This document shows positions 48,844 to 58,326 of a DNA stretch of 64,000 bases, piece by piece (position 1 is the stretch's first letter; each line of letters opens with the position of its first letter). The notes beneath the pieces are model-generated. The model was not told where the DNA came from and did not search any database. It was given only the letters and a program-made list of their open reading frames with translations. The DNA is taken from contig CM126221.1 in assembly GCA_052327205.1 (NCBI GenBank), positions 24,738,001 through 24,802,000 of the forward strand, in the 5' to 3' direction. This DNA is from Somniosus microcephalus (Eukaryota). The position numbers were made by a program, and so were the translations under genes.

Positions 48844-50859
48844 CTAGGGTGATGCCTTGGCCATCTTTGGGTGGCCCCTGCCCGCCCTGCTGCTCCGCCT
48901 CAAAGTAAGGCCATTGGCTGCTGCAAGGCTGGGGGCAGGCTCCTGAGTGGCACATGTTGTGACGGCAGATGCCCTTGGGGGTCGGCCTAGTCGAGGTCTG
49001 GCCGTCGAGCGGGCGGCTGTTGATTGCTGCAGCTGTGGCTGGCCAGCATCAGTCGCTGCAGCAGCTCCTGGCAGCTCCACTGGGGGAGTGGCAGTGGCGG
49101 CTGGAGGAATGGCGGCTAGCTGGCGGATGGCAGGCGCTCGCTGGTCGCCTGAGACACTGGCACTCGCCTGGGCCAGCACTGCAGCATGCGCACCAATCTG
49201 CCGAGGGACAGACCGCTGTGCTGCTGCAGCGCGCCGGGTGCCCTGGCGATGCCTGGCTGACACAGCGAGTGTGGCAGCAGTGAGTGCCGGTGTTGACCTG
49301 TTCACTGACCGCATCAGAGCAGCCAGTGACTGGACGGCACCACTGATCACCTGGCCAGTCGCTGACAGATCTGCCCGGTATTCCGCCCGACTGGTGGCCT
49401 CTGAGGGCCCGAACTCGGCCACACTCCGAGAGAGGGAATCGATGGACTCAGGCAACCATGCCACTGCCGCCATGAGCTCCGTGTGCCGGCACTCCGAGTC
49501 CGCGGACAAGTCTTCGAGGCGTTCCATCTCCTCGGCGAAGAGCATCTCCTGACTGGAGGCCGGACTCTCCCTCTGGGGAGAAGGCCGCCGAGCTGGCCGA
49601 CCCTTCCTGCGTTGCTGGAGGCCGCTGGGCCCAGCAATTGGACTCCCCTCTGATGCATCCCCACTCTGGGGAGAAGGCCGCCGAGCTTCCACCCCCCTCC
49701 CGCCTTTCTGCAGCACGCAGGTCCCAGGAGCTCCCCTCCCCTTCGACACTTCCGCCACGCTGCCCTCCAGGGAAGACGTGTCCCCTACATTGGCCTGGGT
49801 GGCCACGGCTGAGGGTTCCCCTGATGGGCTGCCTTCCTCTTGCTCCTCCTCCTGCTCCTCCTCGGAGGGTCTGTCACTGGCAAGTTGAGGGACCTCCTCT
49901 TGACCATCTGAAAGCAGGAAGGCACAAGAGTAGCTTTAGAGTGAGGAGAGGGCGTCAGTGCGGGATGCATGAGTGGTGGCATTCAGCGCATTGGTCGGAC
50001 AGTGGCAAAGGATGTAGATCTGATGCGCAAGTGGGACGAGAGAGGTGCAAAAGGTGATGTCCTTACCATTGCTGCCCAGAACAGGGTCGGCATCTCCACA
50101 TGCAACGGGCCCAATCACCCGGCCACCCATGAGGCGCTCCACGCGATGTTGCAGGTCGGTGAGTGGCTGGATATGGGGTCGGCCTCCCCCGGTCGCAGTC
50201 CGGCTCTTGCGATTATTCGCCAGCTTGGCCTGCAAGAGAAAGGACGGCCTCTAAGTACAGTGTGCCGCCGTGATCTTGTGTGCACTGCCTCCCATGGTGG
50301 AATAGCCTGGCCAGTGTGTCGCCATGATCTGGTGTGCACTGCCTCCCATGGTGGAATAGCCTGGCCAGTGTGTCGCCATGACCTGGTGTGCAATGCCTCC
50401 CATGGTGGAATAGCCTGGCCAGTGTGTCGCCATGATCTGGTGTGCAATGCCTCCCATGGTGGAATAGCTTGGCCAGTGTGTTAAGTGCAGAATGTGCCAT
50501 TGATGCTCATGCCTGTCCCATAGCTGCTGGATGAAGGCTGGCCATTAGAGCTTTCAGGTCCCTTTGCCCATAATGTGAGGTGCACATGCAAGGATGAGGA
50601 GGTCATTGGAAAGGGTACTCACCCTGACAATGCGTGTGAGGTCATTTAACTTTTTGCGGCATTGGGCACCGGTCCTGGGGACGTCACTGTTGGCTGACAG
50701 CTTGCTGGCGACATGCCTCCAGGCTCTCCTGTAGACGCGGACCGTCGCCTTCTTGCCATTGTCCGGGTACAAAACATGGCGCCTCTTCTCCACAGCAGCA
50801 AGCAGCACACTCAGATCACGCTCTGAGAAGCGCTGCGCACGTTCACGGGCCTTCTCCAT
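48844..50859 (-). CDS. Harbinger Myb/SANT DNA-binding protein, 3 exons, about 487 aa
   Basis: Exons 50859-50623, 50229-50067 and 49907-48844 have GT-AG junctions and splice in frame (phases 0 and 1). Sequence includes MEKARERAQRFSERDL...QCRKKLNDLTR and TATGGG. Confidence 0.88.
50258..50480. repeat. 54-bp tandem repeat, about 4 copies, in Myb intron 1
   Basis: Unit CAGTGTGTCGCCATGATCTGGTGTGCACTGCCTCCCATGGTGGAATAGCCTGGC. Confidence 0.95.
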
Positions 50860-51289
50860 GTCTTCAGGCGCTATTTGGGTCCAGCAGCAGTGTTCAGGCC
50901 TAGCTGGAGGGCTCCACTATCCAGGGCGTGGCAGCAGACACAGTCGACCCTTCCCCCTTAAGAGCTGGCCGGCGCCAGGGTGTCTGCTGTCAATCACGAG
51001 ATGGCTGCACCTGCGCTGCGCCCGGCCTCGGCGCTATCGATTACCACCTCCGGCTTAGCGCCCAAAGAGAGGCGTCCAGCAGCAGTTTTAGCGCTCGCCC
51101 GAACTAGTAGGGCGAAGCTAATGAATATCGGAAAAGTGGCGTCAATGAATTTCTAGGCCCTTGATTCTAATCAAATTGGGCTTGATGCATGATGGTTATA
51201 GATGTCCAGTGGCTAACTAAGCAAGAGAGCACCTATTCATGAACACCAACAAGTACTTTTAAGAAACCTCTAAACTTGTTTGTTAATTG

Positions 51290-52400
51290 TCTTAACTAGT
51301 AATCCAGAGGCCTAGATTAATGATCCAGAGACATGATGTAAGATCTTAATGATCTCTGAGTTCTTGGGCAAGACACCAATAGGCAGCAGCCAGTATGTTT
51401 GAGCAATAGATCAAGATTTATTAAGCTTACAGTGTAATTTACTTAACAACAGGTGATAGTTTAACGAGTAGCTCGCAGCCCTTGGTCTCGGGAATCTCTC
51501 GGACACAGGTGACGTTGTCTTCAGTCTGTTCCTTTGTTCTCGCAGTAGGTCTGTGTGAAGATGTTTTTTGAGTATCAAGGTTTTAACCCATTTCTTATCA
51601 AAAGTTTGTTTGGCCAGTGTCCATATATGGTCTTTAACAAAATCACCTTTAATTGGTTCTAATGGTCAAAATACCATTGTCATTCAGACTAAGGTTGCAT
51701 TTTGGCCCCTCCTGGCTCAGTCATTTTCCAATAACTCTACCCTATTCATTGTTATCTTGTTTATACGTTCTTCACTTCATTGGAATTTACCTCATCTCTC
51801 TTATTTCTAGCTTCAAGCAGTACAAGGCCTCGTAAGCTGTATAGACTGCGTGACTGTCCATTATCAGAACTAGTCTTGATCAGTCCCGGCTGTCTTTGCA
51901 GTTACATTTTGAGCAAGCCTTAGCAATTTATGCACAAGTCATTACAGGTCATACAGAATATAGATATTTGGTTAATGTGAAGTTCACTATTCTACACTCA
52001 CACTTATATCTATACATGTTATTCCTAAAAACATCAAAGTCTTTTGTACACTGAGTTCACATCCCACCAGCTGGGGAATTTAAATTCAATTGATTAAATA
52101 AATCTGGAATAAAAAGCTAGTGTCAGTAATGGTGACCATGCAACTACCGGATTGTTGTAAAAACCCATTTGGTTCCTTTAGGGAAGGAAATCTGCCGTCC
52201 TTACCTGATCTGGCCTATATGTGACTCCAGACCCACAGCAATGTGGTTGACTCTTAACAGCCCTCTGAAATGGCCCAGCGAGCCACTCAGCTGTATTCAA
52301 GAGGCAGCTCACTGCCACCTTCTCGAGGGCAATTAGGGATGGGCAGTAAATGCTGGCCTTGCTGGCGACCTCCACATCCCGTGAAAGAATTAAAAAAAAA
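51290..52400 (+). mobile_element. SINE-like retroposon with a CR1-group tail, split by a solo LTR
   Basis: GATCCAGAGACATGA|GTTCACATCCC rejoins across the LTR. The tail matches the 16981 LINE 3' end and ends in poly(A). Confidence 0.6.
51337..52050 (-). mobile_element. Solo LTR (714 bp), possibly retroviral
   Basis: TGTA...TACA termini with flanks ATGA/CTGA (4-bp TSD, one mismatch). AATAAA on the minus strand at 51417-51422. Confidence 0.62.
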
Positions 52401-53364
52401 GATTTCCAAGATATACACAAACTAGAGAATAGTCTATTTTTAGAGAATAGTCTACTTGCTAACTGTTTCCTTTTTTATTGACTTTACATTCAAATAACTT
52501 ATTTTGAGATTATGATCTCCTCTCTGGTTCACATGGAGCGAGAATTTTTCTTACACATAAGAAACCCGAACCAACTCATTTAATGAAAATAAAAATCCTG
52601 TTTGTAATGTAGCGCGGCATCACAAATGAAATTGTGAGGCGCAGTTTCTCTACAGATTCATTCAATAGTAATGATGCAGTGTTGCGATTCTGATCTTAAT
52701 CCAGTTTCTTATCACAGTCTGCACAGAAAGAATCCTTTAAATCATGAGATGAATCAATAATGTTTTTAAAAGCATCTCAACTTGGTGCTGCGAAATTCTG
52801 TTAAAATTATAACATGCGATCAACAAAGAAAGGGCCATTTGTTTTCCCACACATGAGATCATTACGTTTTGATTTGGTCCTAAGTGAAGCAGCTTCATTA
52901 CGCTGGTGCCCTTTGGTAGTGAGTTCAACATTGAGTGCAGTGTTATCCAAAGATTGATTGGGTGAGGGCTGGATGGTATGAGTGGAGCATTAACCTACAC
53001 AGCACAATTAAAGTGGAAAGATGAAAGCAGCTGTATTGCATTGCTTCATGGAGGATTAAGGAACGTTACACCAGACATTACACCATCATATTTTGATACT
53101 CAGGTACTCCCTTTAGAAAAGTGATCTAAATCGGTACACCCTGAAGTCAAATAGGGCTAATCGTTGATGGAAATTTCAATGAACAGCAGCTGCTTGTAAA
53201 TCCCTGGTTCCTGCCTGTGGAAAGAATTCAGGTTATCAAGGTCCGAAAAACCAGCAGGAAATGACTGGCATTCTTTTTTTTTAAATACCTTTGAGAGGTG
53301 TGAGGTTGGAAAACTGAACATGTGCCAGACAGCAGACTTTTATGAGTTTATTTCCTACAGTGTG

Positions 53365-56300
53365 TGATATACCTATCAATTCAGTTCATGAAAAGCGACG
53401 AGTTAAGTTAGTAACTATAGGTTTTTATTGGCTAAATAACAGAGCCCACCCTCGTGGGTGATCGGATCCAACAAGGAGGAATACCAGCCAGTCGGCCACC
53501 TTTATACCTGGGCAAGCAGGCGGAGCCAGGGGCGGAGTCAGCTGTGGTCAGCCCAGGTATAACAGCGTGGCAAGAGGTGGCCTTGTGTAGTGATACAACA
53601 GTGTGAACAGTGATAACCATAGTGTAACGATATAAACAGTGATAACCATAGTGTAACGATAGTGAACGATAAAAGTGGTTTACTACATTCACCCCTTGTT
53701 TAAATTTGAGTCCGGCGGGGTGAAGTGTACTACCAGTTCGGGTATGTCAGTCTGTCCGGAGGCCTCGTAAGCCTTTCTGATCGGCGCAGCAGCGGCGGCG
53801 GTGGTGCAGTATCCGATGTTAATGCTGGTGTCTGCGTGGTCGGCGAAGGCTTGTGGGGTTCCGGCATGCCGTCTACCTGGGCTGGATTTGGGGGGGTGGT
53901 GAGGGGTAATGGTGGTGTCTCAGGGGTGCCCGAGGGTGCGGGGTCTCGTAAGGAGACTGTGTCCTCCCGCCCGTCTGGGTATGCCACATAGGCGTACTGG
54001 GGGTTGGCGTGCAGGAGGTCCACCCTATCGACCAGGGGGTCCATTTTATGGGCCCTCACGTGCTTTCGCAGTAAGACGGGCCCCGGAGAAATCAGCCATG
54101 TTGGTAGCGAGGTTCCCGTAGTCGACTTCCTGGGGAAAACAAACATTCGTTCATGGGGGGTGGCGTTAATGGCAGTGCAAAGCAGTGACCGGATGGAATG
54201 CAGCGCTGCCGGGAGGACTTCCTGCCAGCGAGAGGTTGGGAGGCCCTTAGACTTTAAGGCTAAGAGAACGGCCTTCCAGACAGTCGCGTTCTCTCTTTCC
54301 ACCTGGCCGTTCCCTCGGGGGTTGTAGCTGGTGGTCCTGCTTGCAGCAATACCTCTCGCTAGTAGGAACTGGCGAAGTTCCTCGCTCATGAAGGATGAGC
54401 CCCGGTCGCTATGTATATAGTTCGGGAACCCGAACAAGGCGAAGAGGTCGTTCAGGCATTTGATGACCGTGGTACTGGTCATGTCTGGGCAGGGGAAGGC
54501 AAAGGGGAAACGGGAGTACTCATCAATAATGTTGAGGAAGTACACATTACGGTCAGAGGACGGGAGGGGCCCCTTAAAATCGATGCTCAAGCGCTCGAAG
54601 GGGCGGGTGGCCTTGATCAGGCTTGCTCTGTCCGGCCTAAAGAAATGCGGTTTGCATTCGGCACAGGTTTGGCAGTTCCTGGTCATGGTCCTCACCTCCT
54701 CGATGGAGTATGGCAGGTTGCGGGCCTTAATGAAGTGGTAAAGTCTGGTGACACCGGGGTGGCAGAGGTCGTTGTGGAGGGTCTGCAGTCTATCAATTTG
54801 CGCGTTGGCGCATGTACTTCGTGATAGAGCATCTGGGGGTTTGTTCAGTTTACCAGGCCGGTACAAGATATCATAATCGTAGGTGGAGAGCTCGATTCTC
54901 CACCTCAAGATCTTGTCGTTCTTGATTTTGCCCCTCAGCTTGTTATTAAACATAAAAGCGACCGAGCGCTGGTCGGTGAGGAGGGTAAATCGTTTGCCTG
55001 CCAGGTAATGCCTCCAGCGTTGTACTGCCTCCACGATCACCTGGGCCTCCTTCTCGACCGAAGAGTGTCGGATCTCAGGGCCCTGGAGGGTCCTTGAGAA
55101 GAAGGCCACAGGTCTCCCCGCCTGGTTAAGGGTTGCAGCTAGGGCGAAGTCGGATGCATCGCTCTCCACCTGGAAAGGGATAGACTCATCCACCGCGTGC
55201 ATTGTGGCCTTAGCAATGTCTCCCTTTATGAGGGAGAAGGCTGCGCATGCTTCTGCCGTCAGGGGGAAGGAGGTGGACTTCATGAGGGGTCTGGCTTTGT
55301 CCGCATAATTGGGCACCCATTGGGCATAGTAGGCGAAGAGCCCCAGGGTTCTCTTCAGCGCCTTTGGACAGTGGGGGAGGGGAAGCTCCATGAGGGGGCG
55401 CATTCTTTCGGGGTCGGGGCCGATGACTCCGTTCTCTATTACGCAGCCAAGGATGGCAAGGCGCGAGGTGTTAAACACACATTTCTCCTTATTGTAGGTG
55501 AGGTTCAGCCGTTGGGCCGTACGGAGGAATCTCTCCAGATTAACATCATGGTCCTGCCGGTCGCGGTCGCAGATGGTGACGTTATCTAGATAAGGGAACG
55601 TGGCATGCAGCCCGTTCTGGTCAACCATCCGGTCCATCTCCCTTTGGAAGACCGAAACCCCGTTGGTGACGCCGAAGGGAACCCTACGGAAGTGGTAGAG
55701 GCGGCCATTCGCCTCGAAGGCGGTATACTGGCGGTCCTCAGGGCGGATAGGGAGTTGGTGATAGGCCGACTTAAGGTCGATGGTAGAGAATACCCGGTAC
55801 TGTGCAATCTGATTGACCATATCAGATATGCGGGGAAGTGGGTATGCGTCCAGCTGGGTGTACCGGTTTATGGTTTGGCTGTAGTCGATGACCAGGCGGT
55901 GTTTATCGCTGGTCTTAACGACTACGACCTGGGCACGCCAGGGGCTGTTGCTTCCCTCGATGATGCCCTCCTTCAGGAGTCGCTGCACCTCTGAGCTAAT
56001 AAAAGCTCTGTCCCCGGCGCTGTACCGCCTGCTCTTGGTAGCGACGGGTTTACAGTCACGGGTGAGGTTAGCGAACAGGGAGGGGGGCGGGACCTTGAGG
56101 GTGGATAGCCCGCAGGTGGTATGCGGTGGGCGGTTTAAAAGCTGCTGGTTGTAGACTGTGAGTGGGGGGAGGGGTCCACCGTATGCCAAAGTGACACTTT
56201 GAAGGTGGGATTGGAAATCCAGCCCTAGTAGGACGGCAGCGCAGAGCTGGGGCAGGACGAGAAGTTTAAAATTTTTATACTCCGTGCCCCTAACCGACAG

Positions 56301-58052
56301 GGTCACAACACAGTAGCCGCTGATGTCTGTAGAATGGGACCTCGACGCCATCGAGATCCGGTTGCACGTTGGCCGGACAGTGAGGGAGTAGTGGCTCACC
56401 GTGTCTGGATGGATGAAACTCTCCATGCTCCCGCTGTCGAACAGGCAGGTCGTGGCGTGGCCGTTTACTTTGATGTCCATCATGGACTTGGACAGGTGAT
56501 GCGGGCGAGCTTGGTCAAGTGTGACGGAGGCTAGTGTATGGCTGAGCGAGCTGCTGTAGTCTGCGGGTGAGGCGGTGGTCAGGTCTGGAGACAAGGTGGC
56601 GGTCGAGTGTGGTGAACAAAATGGCGGCGCCCACGACGTTGAATAAAATGGCGGAGAAGATGGCCGCCCCCACAACTCACATGAGGCACTGCCGGCGTCG
56701 GTGGCCTTGATCAAAGATGGCCACCTCCACGACTCACACGAGGGTATACTGGCATCTGTGGCCTTGATGAAAGATGGCCGCCCCCACAACTCGCATGAGG
56801 CACTGCTGGCGTCTGTGGCTTTCCCCCTGCAGGCCTTCGCGAAGTGGCCTTTCTTGTGGCAGTCGGAGCAGGTCGCGTTTCTTGCAGGGCAGCGCGCCCT
56901 CGGGTGTTTCGCCTGGCCACAGAAGAAGCAGCCGGCGGCCCGATCGCGTGGCTCCGATGTCGCAGCCGGTACCGGGGGTGGCGGTCCCGATCGGTTCCGG
57001 GACACCGACGCTGTGGTAGGTCCCAGAGGCGGCGGTGCGAGGGGTATTGCGGCCGGGGTCGGGCCCAAGTCCCAGGGTCGCGCAGCACAGTACCTGAAGT
57101 ACGCCTCGAGGTCCTGATGGGCCACTTCCAAGGAGCGAGCGAGGATAGCAGCTGTTTTCAGGTCGAGGTCCTTTGATTCCAGCAGTCTTTGCCATGAGTA
57201 GTCTGACCGAAGGCCTTTCACGAAGGCATCTCGGATGTTTCCATCTGTATGTTCTGCAGCTGTTACGGCTTTAAAGTCACAGTCCCTGCCGAGTATTTGC
57301 AGCGCCCATAAGAAATCATCAACCGACTCTCCTGGCTGTTGCGAGCGGGATCTTAGGAGATGCCTGGCATACATTGAGTTTACAGGGCTCCGAAACTGTT
57401 CTTTTAGCAGGTTGAGGGCGTCCTCGTATGTGGCAATGTCCCGGATGAGTGCAAATACTTTAAGGCTCACCTGAGCGGTCAGAACTCTTAGTTTGGATTC
57501 CGGAGGCACGCCGGATTCTCCCAGGTAGGCTTCGAAGCAGCTCAGCCAGTGTTCGAAGTCGAGGGCTGAATTCGCAGCCTGTGGGTTTAGATCCAGGTAT
57601 GGCGGCCGGAGGGCTCGTAGCCAGGCCGGCTGCTGGGGCTGTTGTGGATGGCCGTTTGGCTGGGGCTGTACGTCTGACTGGTCGTTTGGCTGCTCCGTTG
57701 TAGACATTTCAAAATTTAGCCAATAAAATTGATATACCTATCAATTCAGTTCATGAAAAGCGACGAGTTAAGTTAGTAACTATAGGTTTTTATTGGCTAA
57801 ATAACAGAGCCCACCCTCGTGGGTGATCGGATCCAACAAGGAGGAATACCAGCCAGTCGACCACCTTTATACCTGGGCAAGCAGGCGGAGCCATGGGCGG
57901 AGTCAGCTGTGGTCAGCCCAGGTACAACAGCGTGGCAAGAGGTGACCTTGTGTAGTGATACAACAGTGTAAACAGTGATAACCATAGTGTAACGATATAA
58001 ACAGTGATAACCATAGTGTAACGATAGTGAACGATAAAAGTGGTTTACCACA
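53365..58052 (-). mobile_element. Full-length Gypsy LTR retrotransposon with intact ORF and no tRNA PBS
   Basis: 323-bp LTRs at 53365-53687 and 57730-58052 with 6 differences. TSD GTGTG (53360-53364, 58053-58057). PPT AAACAAGGGGTGAA next to the 3' LTR. Confidence 0.98.
53730..57707 (-). CDS. Gag-Pol polyprotein, 1325 aa, uninterrupted
   Basis: Two Zn knuckles, protease LFDSGS, RT (IDLKSAYHQ, PFG, YLDN), RNase H (SDAS, TDQ), and integrase HHCC plus DDE (SIDF, SDRG, QVER). Confidence 0.96.
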   Translation of the reverse strand: MSTTEQPNDQSDVQPQPNGHPQQPQQPAWLRALRPPYLDLNPQAANSALDFEHWLSCFEAYLGESGVPPESKLRVLTAQVSLKVFALIRDIATYEDALNLLKEQFRSPVNSMYARHLLRSRSQQPGESVDDFLWALQILGRDCDFKAVTAAEHTDGNIRDAFVKGLRSDYSWQRLLESKDLDLKTAAILARSLEVAHQDLEAYFRYCAARPWDLGPTPAAIPLAPPPLGPTTASVSRNRSGPPPPVPAATSEPRDRAAGCFFCGQAKHPRARCPARNATCSDCHKKGHFAKACRGKATDASSASCELWGRPSFIKATDASIPSCESWRWPSLIKATDAGSASCELWGRPSSPPFYSTSWAPPFCSPHSTATLSPDLTTASPADYSSSLSHTLASVTLDQARPHHLSKSMMDIKVNGHATTCLFDSGSMESFIHPDTVSHYSLTVRPTCNRISMASRSHSTDISGYCVVTLSVRGTEYKNFKLLVLPQLCAAVLLGLDFQSHLQSVTLAYGGPLPPLTVYNQQLLNRPPHTTCGLSTLKVPPPSLFANLTRDCKPVATKSRRYSAGDRAFISSEVQRLLKEGIIEGSNSPWRAQVVVVKTSDKHRLVIDYSQTINRYTQLDAYPLPRISDMVNQIAQYRVFSTIDLKSAYHQLPIRPEDRQYTAFEANGRLYHFRRVPFGVTNGVSVFQREMDRMVDQNGLHATFPYLDNVTICDRDRQDHDVNLERFLRTAQRLNLTYNKEKCVFNTSRLAILGCVIENGVIGPDPERMRPLMELPLPHCPKALKRTLGLFAYYAQWVPNYADKARPLMKSTSFPLTAEACAAFSLIKGDIAKATMHAVDESIPFQVESDASDFALAATLNQAGRPVAFFSRTLQGPEIRHSSVEKEAQVIVEAVQRWRHYLAGKRFTLLTDQRSVAFMFNNKLRGKIKNDKILRWRIELSTYDYDILYRPGKLNKPPDALSRSTCANAQIDRLQTLHNDLCHPGVTRLYHFIKARNLPYSIEEVRTMTRNCQTCAECKPHFFRPDRASLIKATRPFERLSIDFKGPLPSSDRNVYFLNIIDEYSRFPFAFPCPDMTSTTVIKCLNDLFALFGFPNYIHSDRGSSFMSEELRQFLLARGIAASRTTSYNPRGNGQVERENATVWKAVLLALKSKGLPTSRWQEVLPAALHSIRSLLCTAINATPHERMFVFPRKSTTGTSLPTWLISPGPVLLRKHVRAHKMDPLVDRVDLLHANPQYAYVAYPDGREDTVSLRDPAPSGTPETPPLPLTTPPNPAQVDGMPEPHKPSPTTQTPALTSDTAPPPPLLRRSERLTRPPDRLTYPNW

Positions 58053-58326
58053 GTGTGTAGAAAATGGGCAGATTTATAACAATAGACATGGGGCCCCGAT
58101 TTTCACAGCCTCCGTTCAGCAGGAATGGGATAACAGTGGGCCGAAAAGGGCAGTGCCTCAATTTCTGCCTCTTTCCTCCTCCCAAGGTGGATGGCGCCAT
58201 TTTCACTGGGGCCTTGACATGGGTGGCCCAGGTGCCTGCCTGCCTCAGCCAGTAACCTACTTTCAACATGGTAATCGGGGTCCTATGACTTCTATAGGAC
58301 CTGGATGCAATTTTGAGGCACCAATG

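Larger units (their letters stand above)
46816..51159. mobile_element. Full-length PIF/Harbinger DNA transposon (4344 bp)
   Basis: Perfect 14-bp TIR GGCCTAGAAATTCA, TSD CTT (46813-46815, 51160-51162), and convergent transposase and Myb genes. Confidence 0.97.

Noticed and set aside
49969-50500. Repetitive ORFs (VCRHDLVCTASHGGIAWP and others)
   Set aside because: These are translations of the 54-bp intronic repeat.
53432-53692. Duplicated 84-86 aa ORF (also 57797-58051)
   Set aside because: It lies within the LTRs, so the duplication only reflects LTR identity.
54004-57474. Many + strand ORFs opposite gag-pol
   Set aside because: Antisense shadows of a GC-rich coding sequence, with no motifs.
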